Source: Nitrosopumilus sp.
GTDB lineage: Archaea > Thermoproteota > Nitrososphaeria > Nitrososphaerales > Nitrosopumilaceae
DNA length: 64,000 nt
Direction: 5' to 3'
Assembly (NCBI GenBank): GCA_965249555.1
Contig: OZ252243.1
Location: 1,280,001-1,344,000 of the forward strand
Part shown: piece by piece, positions 27,812 through 38,630 of the stretch
Position numbering within the stretch: the first letter of the stretch is position 1
How the letters are laid out: each line of letters starts with the position of its first letter
Notes under the pieces: generated by a model
What the model was told of the DNA's origin: nothing
Seen by the model: the letters and a program-made list of their open reading frames with translations, nothing else
Database searches by the model: none
Made by a program: the position numbers and the translations under genes

Positions 27812-28450
27812 TTAACACTTTGTAACAGAATAAATGTTATTTTCAAAGTTTGCTGTTTTGAAATCCAACTTATTTTCCGGATCATTAGTTCTTGCTTTAC
27901 TCAAGTTTTCAAGTTCCACTAATGCATCACCTCTAAAACCTACTGAAGAACCATAGATTGCATCTGTTAGCATTGTTCCATGCTCCCCTTTCTTAATGTC
28001 ATCTACCATTTCATAAAATCTTGCAGTCTCTTTTTTGTTAACAGGATTACCGGTTGCTTTGTTGTATGCAACTGCAATATACATCCCATTATTTTTTACT
28101 GCAACAAGAATTTTATGATTTTTACCTGTTGCACCTGGAATTGATTCGTTAACTATAACTTCACATTTATGATACATACTTGAAACATATGCAAAGAATC
28201 TATATTGTGCGTATTTTCCTGCGTCATCTTCTGCACAACCAACAAAAACTCTGTGTAGTAATTCCAAAGCCTCATCATTCATACTTTGTAATCTGTCATC
28301 AATTCTACCCCTTTCTAGAAGTTCTGATTTACATTCTTTTGCAACCATTACTAAAATGAAATCAGGTAAATTGTAATTTTTGAGAGCGGCAACAAATGCA
28401 CCTGCTTGTGACATACCAAACTTTGGAAAACCCTTATTGACCATATTCAC
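27812..28450 (-). CDS. hypothetical protein, C-terminal half resembles a degenerate Mrr-like nuclease fold
   Basis: VNESIPGATGKNHKILVAV and SSVGF segments; catalytic D and ExK not evident. Confidence 0.7.
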   Translation of the reverse strand: MNMVNKGFPKFGMSQAGAFVAALKNYNLPDFILVMVAKECKSELLERGRIDDRLQSMNDEALELLHRVFVGCAEDDAGKYAQYRFFAYVSSMYHKCEVIVNESIPGATGKNHKILVAVKNNGMYIAVAYNKATGNPVNKKETARFYEMVDDIKKGEHGTMLTDAIYGSSVGFRGDALVELENLSKARTNDPENKLDFKTANFENNIYSVTKC

Positions 28451-28597
28451 ACCTCAATTTAGAAAATTTGCAACTCCCCAATACTCAATTAGAAAGCTAC
28501 ATTTCGCTTATAATTGTTAAGAATTTACATGTCTATTTGAATGATTTTTTAAGTTTAAATTGTAAATATTAAATTTGGGACACATTCATACTATCAT

Positions 28598-30865
28598 GTG
28601 GAAATCAATACTACTCCAGAACTTGTTTCACGTGTTTATCAGAAATCAAAAGAAAATATTGAAAAATATAAAAATATAGTTGGAAAGCCACTTACACTTA
28701 CTGAGAAAATTTTATCTGGTCATCTTCATGAAATTAATAACAAAAATTTTGTTGGTGGAAAAGATTATGTTTTTCTAAATCCTGATAGAGTCGCATTACA
28801 GGATGTTACAGGACAAATGGTAATGCTTCAGTTTATGCAAGCTGGACTTAAACAAACATCTTTACCAACAACTGTGCATTGTGATCATCTCATTAGAGCT
28901 GAAGTTCAAGGTGATGTTGACATGAAAGTTTCTCTTGATGAGAATAGTGAAGTTTTCAAATTTTTACAATCTGCTTGTGCAAAATTTGGATGTGGTTTCT
29001 GGAAACCTGGTGCTGGAATTATTCACCAAGTGGTTTTTGAAAATTATGCATTTCCTGGTGGTTTGATGATTGGTACAGATTCTCATACTCCAAACGCTGG
29101 TGGTCTCGGAATGATTGCTATTGGAGTTGGTGGATTGGATGCAGCTGAAACCATGGCAGATATGCCTTGGGAATTACTCTACCCTAAACGAATTGGTGTT
29201 AAACTAACTGGGGAATTAAATGGATGGACAGCCCCTAAAGATATCATACTCAAAGTTGCTAAGGAATTAACAGTTTCCGGAGGCACTAATTCAATAATTG
29301 AATACTTTGGACCTGGAACAAAATCTATCAGTTCAACTGGTAAAGCTACAATTACTAATATGGGGGCTGAAATTGGTGCAACCTGTTCAATTTTTCCATA
29401 TGACGAAAGAATGGAAACTTATCTGAAATATACAAACAGAGGGGATATAGCTGAATTAGCAAATCAACATAAAGAATTACTTGTTGCAGATCCTGAAGTT
29501 GAAGCAAATCCAGAAAACTTTTTTGATAAAATAATTGAAATTAATCTTTCAACATTGGAACCTCATATTGTTGGGCCTCATACTCCTGATTTAGCAAGAA
29601 CAATTTCTAATCTGGCTGATGATGTAAAATCAAATGATTATGTTGATCAAATTTCTGTTGCATTAGTTGGTAGCTGTACTAATTCATCTTATGAGGATAT
29701 GTCACGAGCAGCAAGCTTAGCTGAACAGGCAAAAGCAAAAGGAATCAAAGCTAAAATCCCATTGCTAGTCACTCCTGGCTCTGAACAGATTCGAGGAACC
29801 ATAGAAAGAGATGGACAAATGAATTCACTTAAAGAAATTGGAGCAACTGTTTTAGCAAATGCTTGTGGTCCTTGCATTGGACAATGGAATAGACCTGAAT
29901 TAGAAAAAGATCAAAAAAATACTATTGTTACAACATATAACAGAAATTTTCCTGGTAGAAATGATGGTCGTAGAAGTACTTTAAACTTCATTGGCAGTCC
30001 TGAAATGATTATTGCCTTATCTTTAGGAGGAAAACTTTCTTTTAATCCACTAAAAGATGAATTAACTGCAGCTGATGGAACAAAATTCAAACTTGAACCA
30101 CCAAAACTAGCACCTGAAGTTCCTGAAGAAGGTTTTATGATACCTGAGGGAATTTTTGTTGCACCTCCTGAAACTGCTGACGATGTTGAAGTCATAATTG
30201 ATCCTAATAGTAAAAGACTACAACGCTTAGAACCTTTTCTAAAATGGAATGGAAAAGATTTTGAAGAACTCCCAATAATGGTAAAAGCCAAGGGCAAATG
30301 TACTACAGACCATATCTCACCTGCTGGTGCATGGTTGTCACTTCGAGGACATTTGGATAACCTAAGCGATAATATGCTCATGGGTGCAGTTAATGCATTT
30401 AATGATAAAGTAGGTCAAGGCAAGAATATTCTAAACAATCAACTTGAATCATTCTCAAAAATTGCAAGACAGTATAAAGAAAAACAAATGAGCTGGGTGA
30501 TTATTGGTGATAATAATTATGGCGAAGGTAGCAGTAGAGAACATGCTGCAATGTCTCCACGATATTTGGGATGTGTTGCAGTAATCACAAAAAGTTTAGC
30601 TCGAATACATGAAACAAATTTGAAAAAACAAGGAATTTTGGCACTGACATTTAACAATCTAGATGATTATGAAAAAATTCTTGAAGATGATAAAATTAGT
30701 TTAGTTGATTTGAATGATTTAGAACCCGGCAAACAAGTCAAATGTATTATTTCACATAATAATGGAAGTAAAGAAGAAATTTTGTTAAACCATTCATACA
30801 ACAAATCTCAAATTGAATGGTTCAAAGCTGGTTCTGCACTAAATGTTTTGAAAAATAATCGATAG
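28598..30865 (+). CDS. aconitate hydratase
   Basis: DRVALQD, HCDH, DSHTPN, GSCTNSS, ANACGPCIG, TTDHISPAG, GEGSSREHAA. Confidence 0.96.
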   Translation: MEINTTPELVSRVYQKSKENIEKYKNIVGKPLTLTEKILSGHLHEINNKNFVGGKDYVFLNPDRVALQDVTGQMVMLQFMQAGLKQTSLPTTVHCDHLIRAEVQGDVDMKVSLDENSEVFKFLQSACAKFGCGFWKPGAGIIHQVVFENYAFPGGLMIGTDSHTPNAGGLGMIAIGVGGLDAAETMADMPWELLYPKRIGVKLTGELNGWTAPKDIILKVAKELTVSGGTNSIIEYFGPGTKSISSTGKATITNMGAEIGATCSIFPYDERMETYLKYTNRGDIAELANQHKELLVADPEVEANPENFFDKIIEINLSTLEPHIVGPHTPDLARTISNLADDVKSNDYVDQISVALVGSCTNSSYEDMSRAASLAEQAKAKGIKAKIPLLVTPGSEQIRGTIERDGQMNSLKEIGATVLANACGPCIGQWNRPELEKDQKNTIVTTYNRNFPGRNDGRRSTLNFIGSPEMIIALSLGGKLSFNPLKDELTAADGTKFKLEPPKLAPEVPEEGFMIPEGIFVAPPETADDVEVIIDPNSKRLQRLEPFLKWNGKDFEELPIMVKAKGKCTTDHISPAGAWLSLRGHLDNLSDNMLMGAVNAFNDKVGQGKNILNNQLESFSKIARQYKEKQMSWVIIGDNNYGEGSSREHAAMSPRYLGCVAVITKSLARIHETNLKKQGILALTFNNLDDYEKILEDDKISLVDLNDLEPGKQVKCIISHNNGSKEEILLNHSYNKSQIEWFKAGSALNVLKNNR

Positions 30866-30876
30866 AATTTTTAACG

Positions 30877-31029
30877 TGGGGCCGACCGGAATTGAACCGG
30901 CGACCTACGGGTCACTACAGCTCCAAACTTACATCATCCGTGAGTCAGTTTAGCTTAGTTTACCTCTGGAGCCCTTAGCGGTGATCTATTCGTAGACACT
31001 GTCGCCCTACCAGGCTAGGCTACGACCCC
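30877..31029 (-). tRNA. tRNA-Trp(CCA) with two introns (26 nt at 28/29, 30975-31000; 53 nt at 37/38, 30913-30965)
   Basis: removing both introns gives a 74-nt cloverleaf: GGGGTCG/CGGCCCC acceptor, ACGGG-CTCCAGA-CCCGT anticodon arm, TTCAATT T-loop. Confidence 0.88.
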
Positions 31030-31119
31030 ACGAACAAGAATGAAATAGACTTGAATTTTAAGTTATTTTTAACCAAGATTTATTTGTAATTAACATGAAT
31101 TTGTAACTGTTCATCAATC

Positions 31120-31653
31120 ATGGTAAAACCAATTCATTATGCATTAGGTGCTATTCCAATAATTGTAGCACTCTTAATTTCAGTTCCATTACTTACAAAA
31201 AATGAGATTCCAACTTCTGCAGCCAATTCTTTTGATTTCATTGAAATTGAATATACAAAACATCAACTAAGGAAAATTTCGTATGGTGTTACAGAAAGAG
31301 TCGGTGCTCAAAAAACTGAAATTCTGTATATTAAAAACGATGGTACGATCAAATACTCTGTAACTGAACAAGGATATCTACAACCTGATATTCGGTCAAA
31401 ATTAGATGAAAAAAAACTTGGTAAAATTAAAGCATTGATAAAAGAAACTGGTTTCATAGCAATTCCATCAGAATCATTCTCAATTCTAGAAAACATAACT
31501 GACTATCAGAAATCAAATGTTAAAGTGACTCTTAATGGTAGAGTCAATCAAATTTATTGGCCTGAACAAAACGCCACGTCACAATTCATTCCTCCAATAA
31601 TTACTATGGTTGAATATGAATTAGATCAGATTATATCTAAAATTATTGAATAG
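31120..31653 (+). CDS. membrane-anchored hypothetical protein
   Basis: N-terminal TM helix, 177 aa. Confidence 0.75.
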   Translation: MVKPIHYALGAIPIIVALLISVPLLTKNEIPTSAANSFDFIEIEYTKHQLRKISYGVTERVGAQKTEILYIKNDGTIKYSVTEQGYLQPDIRSKLDEKKLGKIKALIKETGFIAIPSESFSILENITDYQKSNVKVTLNGRVNQIYWPEQNATSQFIPPIITMVEYELDQIISKIIE

Positions 31654-31683
31654 ATACAAATAACCTCTAGTAAAAATTAGAAC

Positions 31684-32652
31684 ATGCTCCCATTATCTGG
31701 TGACCGACATGATGCTAAAGGTATAGTTTCAGAAAAAATAAATTCTATTGATATTTTACGCGGCTCATCTACTCTTAAACGAGGTTTTGCTCATATGTTA
31801 AAGAATGGTGTTGTAATGGATGTTACAACAGTGGAGCAAGCTCAAATTGCTGAAGAAGCTGGAGCAGTTTCTGTAATGGTTTTAGATAAACTCCCATCTG
31901 ATGTTAGAAAAGCAGGAGGAGTTGCACGAACTGCAAGCATTAGAATTATTGAAGACATTATGGACTCGGTAACAATTCCAGTAATGGCAAAATGCAGAAT
32001 TGGTCATATCAATGAAGCGTTAGTTCTACAGGAAACTGATGTAGATATGATTGATGAATCTGAAGTACTAACTCCTGCTGATGAGTCTCATCACATTTGG
32101 AAATGGGATTTTACAACACCAGTTGTAAATGGTGCACGATCTTTGGCTGAAGCTTTAAGAAGAATTGAAGAAGGTGCAGCAATGATTAGAACAAAAGGTG
32201 AACCTGGAACTGGAAATGTAGCAGAAGCTATTACTCATATTAAAAAAGTTAATGATGAATTAAGAACAATTAAGGCAATTTATGATTCTGGTGATAATCA
32301 AGATTTAGTTAGAATGGCAAGAGAATTCAAAGTATCATATGACATTGTTGAACAAACTGCAAAACTTGGAAGATTACCTGTTGTAAATTTTGCCGCTGGT
32401 GGAATTGCAACTCCTGCTGATGCAGCATATCTAATGTCTCTTGGTTGTGATGGAATCTTTGTTGGTTCTGGAATTTTTAATGCAGATGATGCACAAGAAA
32501 GGGCAAGAGCTATAGTTTTGGCTACTACTTTTTGGAATGAATCTGATAAAGTCAAAGAAGCTCAAAAAATGATTGATGAAAGACAATCTATGTTAGGATT
32601 AGATGTGAATACACTAGAATTACGTATGCAGGAACGTGGTGGCTCTTCATGA
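31684..32652 (+). CDS. pdxS: pyridoxal 5'-phosphate synthase lyase subunit
   Basis: [47 protein letters not shown]. Confidence 0.97.
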   Translation: MLPLSGDRHDAKGIVSEKINSIDILRGSSTLKRGFAHMLKNGVVMDVTTVEQAQIAEEAGAVSVMVLDKLPSDVRKAGGVARTASIRIIEDIMDSVTIPVMAKCRIGHINEALVLQETDVDMIDESEVLTPADESHHIWKWDFTTPVVNGARSLAEALRRIEEGAAMIRTKGEPGTGNVAEAITHIKKVNDELRTIKAIYDSGDNQDLVRMAREFKVSYDIVEQTAKLGRLPVVNFAAGGIATPADAAYLMSLGCDGIFVGSGIFNADDAQERARAIVLATTFWNESDKVKEAQKMIDERQSMLGLDVNTLELRMQERGGSS

Positions 32653-33266
32653 GTCTTAATGTTGGAATCTTATCCATACAAGGTGATGTTCAAGAAAACC
32701 TCTTATCAACAAGAGCTGCTCTCAATGAATTAGGAATTGATGGAAAAGTAACTGATGTCAAAACCCCTGAAGAAATTTCTCAATTAGATGGCTTGATAAT
32801 TCCAGGTGGTGAAAGTACTACTATTGGACAACTTTCTTTGGTAAATGGTTCGTTGAAGGTCTTAAAAGAAAAAATTGAAAATGGAATGCCTGTACTTGGA
32901 ATATGTGCTGGTATGATTATGCTTTCAAAAACAGCTGATGATCGTGTTGTTGGAAAAACTGATCAACCTCTTTTAGATATTCTTGATATCAAACTAGAAA
33001 GAAACTCCTTTGGACGACAAAAAGAATCCTTTGAAGCTGATGTATCCATGGATTCAATTAATATTCCAAAATTTAATGGAGTCTTTATCAGAGCACCATC
33101 TGTTTCAGATGTTGGTTCTGATATAGAAGTTCTATCAAAATTTAATGAGCGAATAGTTGCAGTCAAAAAAGGTAATGTGATTGGTACTGCGTTTCATCCT
33201 GAACTTACTAAAGATATTTCATTACACAAGTTTTTTGTCAATCTTGTTAACACCTCAAAAACTTAG
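32649..33266 (+). CDS. pdxT: pyridoxal 5'-phosphate synthase glutaminase subunit
   Basis: QGD, PGGESTT, GICAG, RNSFGRQ, FIRAP, FHPE. Confidence 0.97.
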   Translation: MSLNVGILSIQGDVQENLLSTRAALNELGIDGKVTDVKTPEEISQLDGLIIPGGESTTIGQLSLVNGSLKVLKEKIENGMPVLGICAGMIMLSKTADDRVVGKTDQPLLDILDIKLERNSFGRQKESFEADVSMDSINIPKFNGVFIRAPSVSDVGSDIEVLSKFNERIVAVKKGNVIGTAFHPELTKDISLHKFFVNLVNTSKT

Positions 33267-33324
33267 TTTGCAGTAATGAATACTGAGCAATTCCTTTTAA
33301 CTATAGTCTAGTCGACCTTGTAAA

Positions 33325-33672
33325 ATGGACAAAAAATTTGTATTATTTGGTGTTCTAGCCTCCATTTTGCTAGGTGGTTCTTTTGGAATATTCCCTATTG
33401 AAAATTCATTTGCTCAAGATCTTTCTGAAAGTGAAGAATATTCTGAAGCATATGAAAAAGAATTAGAAAAGGCTGAAGAACGAAAACTAAAAGCTGAAGA
33501 AAAACTTTAAAAATTGGAAGAAAGAAAAGTAAAACTTGAATTAGATAGAAATAGACTTGAAGAAAAATTATTAGAAAAAGCAAACAAGTATGAAGAAAAA
33601 TTAAGAGAAATTAAAGAAAGCAGACTAGTTGCACTAGTAGACAAAGCAATACTCAAACACTTTGATAATTAA
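33325..33672 (+). pseudogene. secreted coiled-coil protein remnant with an internal stop
   Basis: signal peptide and E/K-rich coil continue in frame past TAA 33508-33510 to TAA 33670-33672. Confidence 0.55.
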
Positions 33673-33780
33673 TCTCTAAGCGTACGTGTTTCTAATTTCC
33701 AACTCTTTTTCTATTTTTTCTTATATAGTAATTTTCAGTGTTTATTTTGAATATTTTACAGTTTAATAATTGTAAAGTGC

Positions 33781-35412
33781 TTGATATGCATGACGAAAAT
33801 CATTTTAGCATTATGTTTAGTTGGGGTATTTACAATCTCACAGTTTGACGATGTTTATGCTGGACCTGGACATGGAGAACCAATTATAATTAATTTAGAT
33901 GGACGACAAGTTGGGATTGATACAAAGTTATTTCCTTTAGATGTGACATTAGGGGATTTTCGTGATGTTACTTTATCAATACAAGTCTATGATGTACTTA
34001 CAAATCAATCATTTGAGGATGTGACATATTTAGTTGATATTTTGCGTGAAGGTGAATTATTGGCCAGAGGATTATACTTTGATTATGATGGAACATTAGA
34101 AGTAAAAATTCAACCTGTTGCAGATTGTAAAGAAGCTAAAAAATTCAAATGTACAAAATACTTTGGTGCACAAGAACCAATAAGTGGAGGATATTATGAT
34201 CTTGCAGGAACTCCTGTGATTAAAGGTCCAATTTTGATTGATGGTGGAATATACACACTCAAAATTGAAATTGTTGGAGCCACAGGAGTTACAACACAAC
34301 TAGTAAACCCAATAAAAATTCAAGAGCAATTTTCAGCATCCCAAGAACAGATTTTTGATATCACTACAACAAATGAAGAGTTCTCAATCATTGCAAAAAC
34401 GTACTATGAATTAATTGATAACTTTGTATTTGAAGAAGAAGAAAATTCTATTTCATTTAATATGCCATTTGACTGGAATCCATCTATCATAAATCATACA
34501 AAGTTTGTTCATCATGAAATTAGAATACCAAAATTTGTTGCTGCATATGCTGAAAATATGTCATTTCAAGGAAATGTAGATGGGGTTGATCTTTCAGAAA
34601 GAGCTGTAATATTAGATCCTTATTCGTATGAGGATTATAATGTACTTCATTTTATTGTAGGCAACTCTGATCTAAAGTTGATAAATAATAAGCTAGGATT
34701 AGAGCATTACAACAAAGAAAATATTGAATTTACATTAACACCAAAACAAACAGCAGATGTACCATCAATTTTTGTTAATATGGATACAGGTGCAAAAATT
34801 AATGTCTCAGTAATTGAAAATTCAATCAATACAGATCATTCTCTGAAATTTACTTTCTTTGATCAAAATGATAAATTGCTAAAAAATGTCAGATATGGAT
34901 ATGAAATATTGACAAATGATAATAGTATTTTTACTAATACTGGTAACAATTTAAACAAAATTGGGATTCTAGCTGTTGATGGAATTGATATACAAAATAT
35001 TAATTTTCAAGATAACCATAATTATCAAATAAAATTAGTGCTTTTTGAGCATACAATTGATTCTCAAGATCTGCCTAATTATGGTGGCAGTTCTGGTCAA
35101 GGTACAATTGTAATTGGTGACTCTGTTTTAAATTCACAAGTTTCAAATGAAATTCCATCTTGGATTAAAAATAATGCTGGATGGTGGGCAGAAGATGCAA
35201 TTGATGATGAAACATTTGTACAGGCAATTCAATATTTGATTAACGAAGAAATAATGAGTATTCCTCAAACTGAATCAGGAGAATCTGCTGGAAACGATAT
35301 CCCATCTTGGATTAAAAATAATGCTGGATGGTGGGCAGAAGATGCAATTGATGATGAAACATTTGTACAGGCAATTCAATATTTGATTACAAATGGTATT
35401 ATGCAGGTGTAA
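33781..35412 (+). CDS. secreted/surface protein with two C-terminal IPSWIKNNAGWW domains
   Basis: signal peptide, FNMPFDW..VHHEIRIPK region, duplicated C-terminal domain (88-bp identical DNA, 35155-35242 and 35302-35389). Confidence 0.85.
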   Translation: MICMTKIILALCLVGVFTISQFDDVYAGPGHGEPIIINLDGRQVGIDTKLFPLDVTLGDFRDVTLSIQVYDVLTNQSFEDVTYLVDILREGELLARGLYFDYDGTLEVKIQPVADCKEAKKFKCTKYFGAQEPISGGYYDLAGTPVIKGPILIDGGIYTLKIEIVGATGVTTQLVNPIKIQEQFSASQEQIFDITTTNEEFSIIAKTYYELIDNFVFEEEENSISFNMPFDWNPSIINHTKFVHHEIRIPKFVAAYAENMSFQGNVDGVDLSERAVILDPYSYEDYNVLHFIVGNSDLKLINNKLGLEHYNKENIEFTLTPKQTADVPSIFVNMDTGAKINVSVIENSINTDHSLKFTFFDQNDKLLKNVRYGYEILTNDNSIFTNTGNNLNKIGILAVDGIDIQNINFQDNHNYQIKLVLFEHTIDSQDLPNYGGSSGQGTIVIGDSVLNSQVSNEIPSWIKNNAGWWAEDAIDDETFVQAIQYLINEEIMSIPQTESGESAGNDIPSWIKNNAGWWAEDAIDDETFVQAIQYLITNGIMQV

Positions 35413-35418
35413 TTAGGC

Positions 35419-37737
35419 TCAATCTACTAAATTATGCATAGATTTCAAATCTTTTTTAAATTGTTCTAGGTTTGCCGGAATTTCAATTTTGATTGAATCT
35501 TTCAATGAAAGATTTTGAGCTTTTTTGTCATTCCATACTTTGGAATTAAATTCTGTAATTTCTTTTGTAATGTCACTTTGAATTTCTAAATTTTCTGATT
35601 CAACTTGCCTCTGTTTGTGAATACTTTCTTCAGAGTACAAAGAATTCCAAAGATACTCAGTGATAAATGGAGTAATTGGTGCTAATAATTTTAAAATTGT
35701 TGATAATACTTTGTGTAGTGTAAATATTGCACCATCTCTTTCTTCATCAGAAAAATTAATTCCATATGCTCTTGCTTTAACCATTTCAATATAATGTGCT
35801 GCAAATAAATTCCATGTAAATTCTCTAATTGCTATTGCAGGAATAAAGAAATTATACTCATCATAACCTTTCTTACATTCTTTTACAAGATTATCTAATT
35901 CTGATAAAATCCATTTGTCAGTTGTATTTGGATTTCCAGATTCAACCACTGAAAAACTAGACAAAAATCTAGATACATTCCACAATTTACTTAGGAATTT
36001 TTTAGTGGATTCTATTTTTTGCTCATTGCATCTAAAGTCATATCCATGATTAACCTCACTTGCACTCCAGAACCTAAAAGTATCAGCACCTAATTTTTCA
36101 ATCACTGGTAAAGGATCAATTGCATTTCCTTTACTCTTACTCATCTTCATTCCTTTTTCATCTAGTCCGTATCCCATTATCCAAGCTTCTGTCCATGGTT
36201 TCTTTCCAGTAAGTTGTTCACATCTTAGAAGTGTATAGTATAACCAAGTTCTAACAATGTCTTTTGCTTGAGGTCGTATTGAAGCAGGATATACCTTGTT
36301 GAAAAATTCTTCATCTTTTCCAAATTTGCTTACAAAAAGAGGTGATATACTAGAATCCATCCATGTGTCAAAAGTTCGTTCTTCTCCTACAAATTCAGTG
36401 GATTGACATTTTGGACATTGACTAATTGGGCAATCTTCTTCCCATGGTCTATAGTACTTTCCAGGCTCAGGAACATAGGGTTCTGAGCATTTTTTACAGT
36501 ACCAAATTGGAATTTCAGTACCATAATATCTCCGCCTTGAGATTGGCCAATCGATATTGATGGATTCAAGCCAATTCATCAAAATTTGTTTGTGCATTGC
36601 TGGATGAAATGTAATCTCTTGTCCCAAGTTTTTCATTTTTTCAACTGATTCTTTTTGTTTTAGATAGTATTCTTCCATTGGAATTATTTCAATGGGAATT
36701 TTACTTCTCTCAGATACAGGTGTTCTGTGGTTAATGTCTTCAATTTTTTCTACAAATCCTTTTGATTCCAAATCTTCTATGATTTTTGTTCTTGCTTGTT
36801 TTGGTTTTAGCCCTGCGTATTCTCCTGCAACTTCTGTCATTCTTCCATCTAGTCCAATTGCGACAATCTCTTCTAATTGCAATTCTCTAAATAATGCCAC
36901 ATCATTTTGATCACCATAACTACATACCATTACTGCCCCTGATCCAAATTCTTGTTTAGCTGAATGATGTGTTCTTAATTCAACTTCTGCATTAGTAATA
37001 GGAACAATTACTTTTTTTCCGATATATTGTGCATATCTCTCATCTTCAGGATTTACAATAATTGTTTTGCATGCACAAACTAATTCTGGTCTTGTACTTG
37101 CAATAATTATTTCCTTATCTGTATCTTTTATTTTGAATTTCATGTAAACCAATTTGGTTTGCAAATCTTCGTATATGATTTCTGCATCTGCAATAGTTGT
37201 TCCTGATACCCAATCGTAGTTGTTAGGTCTGTTTGCTAGGTATACTTGACCTTTTTTCCATAATTCAATGAATGTTGATTGTGTAAGTGATCTGTATTCT
37301 TCTGAATCGGTTCTATAGTAGTTTGTAAAGTCTCCACTTATTCCAATATTTTTCATAATGAGAATCATTTCAGCTTCTAAATCATCTAGTGCTTCTCTGC
37401 AAAGATTAAGAAATTCTCCTCTGTCTGTTTCTCTCATTCTAATTTTGTATTTTTTTTCAGTGTACAGTTCTACTGGAAGTCCATTTCTATCAATTCCTAT
37501 AGGGAAATAGACATTTTTTCCAGCCATTCTTGCTGTTCTGGCAATCATATCAATTTGAGAATAATGTGCTGCTGCTCCAATATGCCATGGTCTGCCTGAT
37601 GGATATGGTGGAGGTGTATCTATGGTAAAGTTATTTTCTTGTGGTGTAAAATCATAAATTTTATCATCTTCCCATTTTTTTAGTATATTTTTTTCTAATT
37701 CTGGGTTCCATGCTTTTTCTGATATTTTAGGTTCCAT
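35419..37737 (-). CDS. valS: valyl-tRNA synthetase
   Basis: IDTPPPY..HIG, GSGAVM, DWPISR, DTWMDSS, KMSKS. Confidence 0.95.
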   Translation of the reverse strand: MEPKISEKAWNPELEKNILKKWEDDKIYDFTPQENNFTIDTPPPYPSGRPWHIGAAAHYSQIDMIARTARMAGKNVYFPIGIDRNGLPVELYTEKKYKIRMRETDRGEFLNLCREALDDLEAEMILIMKNIGISGDFTNYYRTDSEEYRSLTQSTFIELWKKGQVYLANRPNNYDWVSGTTIADAEIIYEDLQTKLVYMKFKIKDTDKEIIIASTRPELVCACKTIIVNPEDERYAQYIGKKVIVPITNAEVELRTHHSAKQEFGSGAVMVCSYGDQNDVALFRELQLEEIVAIGLDGRMTEVAGEYAGLKPKQARTKIIEDLESKGFVEKIEDINHRTPVSERSKIPIEIIPMEEYYLKQKESVEKMKNLGQEITFHPAMHKQILMNWLESINIDWPISRRRYYGTEIPIWYCKKCSEPYVPEPGKYYRPWEEDCPISQCPKCQSTEFVGEERTFDTWMDSSISPLFVSKFGKDEEFFNKVYPASIRPQAKDIVRTWLYYTLLRCEQLTGKKPWTEAWIMGYGLDEKGMKMSKSKGNAIDPLPVIEKLGADTFRFWSASEVNHGYDFRCNEQKIESTKKFLSKLWNVSRFLSSFSVVESGNPNTTDKWILSELDNLVKECKKGYDEYNFFIPAIAIREFTWNLFAAHYIEMVKARAYGINFSDEERDGAIFTLHKVLSTILKLLAPITPFITEYLWNSLYSEESIHKQRQVESENLEIQSDITKEITEFNSKVWNDKKAQNLSLKDSIKIEIPANLEQFKKDLKSMHNLVD

Positions 37738-37744
37738 CTCTTAA

Positions 37745-38560
37745 CTATCTTGAAATGTTTGAAATAATATGAGATCCTTTATTGTAACCTTCATAGATGT
37801 AAACTCCTAATGCTTCTACATTTGATGGCATTTTAGGTGTTAATAATTTGATTATTTCACTTGAAAGATTTTCTACAGTTGCCTCACCTTCTAAAAGATA
37901 AGTAGTGTTTTTTGGAACTTGTAATTCAAACATTCCTTTAGGACCATCGAATTGAATTAGATAATGTGAATCATCTTCACTTTTTAGATATTTTCTGTTA
38001 ATGAAAAATTTATGATCAAATATGTTAACTACTTCTTTGATAATTTTTTTTGCTACGCCAAAATCTACAAGTAAATTATCTTTCATTTGTCCTACAAGCT
38101 CTACCATTACTGAAGATGTATGTCCATGTAAGATCGAGCATTTTTCAACTAATGGAAGTATATGTGCATAATCAAATGAAAATGATCCATCTTCTAAAAA
38201 TATAGAACCTGTCTGTGGTGACTTGTCATAAAATACCAAATCTTGTAATTCTTTAATTTGTGCAACATATTTTGCATGCCCTATTGCCATCACTTTGTCT
38301 TGAGGAAAATCTTCTTTGATCTGTTTGTATTTTTCAATGTCTTCATCACTATCAATTACTTCAATCAATCCTTTCTCTGTTTTAAAATCAATTGTAACCT
38401 CATTTCCGTTCTTTAATGTGAGTTTGTGATTGTATTGGTATTCTTCATCAAGAAAAGTGAGCATTTGTGCTACTGTTAGTTCGGTTCTAGTTCTAAGTAA
38501 ATTTCCCTTTTTATCGATATATCTAAAGTCTGAGTCTAGAATTGTAGGACTTGAAGCCAT
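37745..38560 (-). CDS. QueD/PTPS-family protein with an extra N-terminal domain
   Basis: C-terminal FDYAH..CSILHGH, DFG..K, FDHKF, TVENL. Confidence 0.85.
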   Translation of the reverse strand: MASSPTILDSDFRYIDKKGNLLRTRTELTVAQMLTFLDEEYQYNHKLTLKNGNEVTIDFKTEKGLIEVIDSDEDIEKYKQIKEDFPQDKVMAIGHAKYVAQIKELQDLVFYDKSPQTGSIFLEDGSFSFDYAHILPLVEKCSILHGHTSSVMVELVGQMKDNLLVDFGVAKKIIKEVVNIFDHKFFINRKYLKSEDDSHYLIQFDGPKGMFELQVPKNTTYLLEGEATVENLSSEIIKLLTPKMPSNVEALGVYIYEGYNKGSHIISNISR

Positions 38561-38630
38561 GTGAAGTCATCTAACTTTGGATATAATATAAATTCTGTAA
38601 TGACCATGCCTGAAAATTCGTCTTTTGGAA

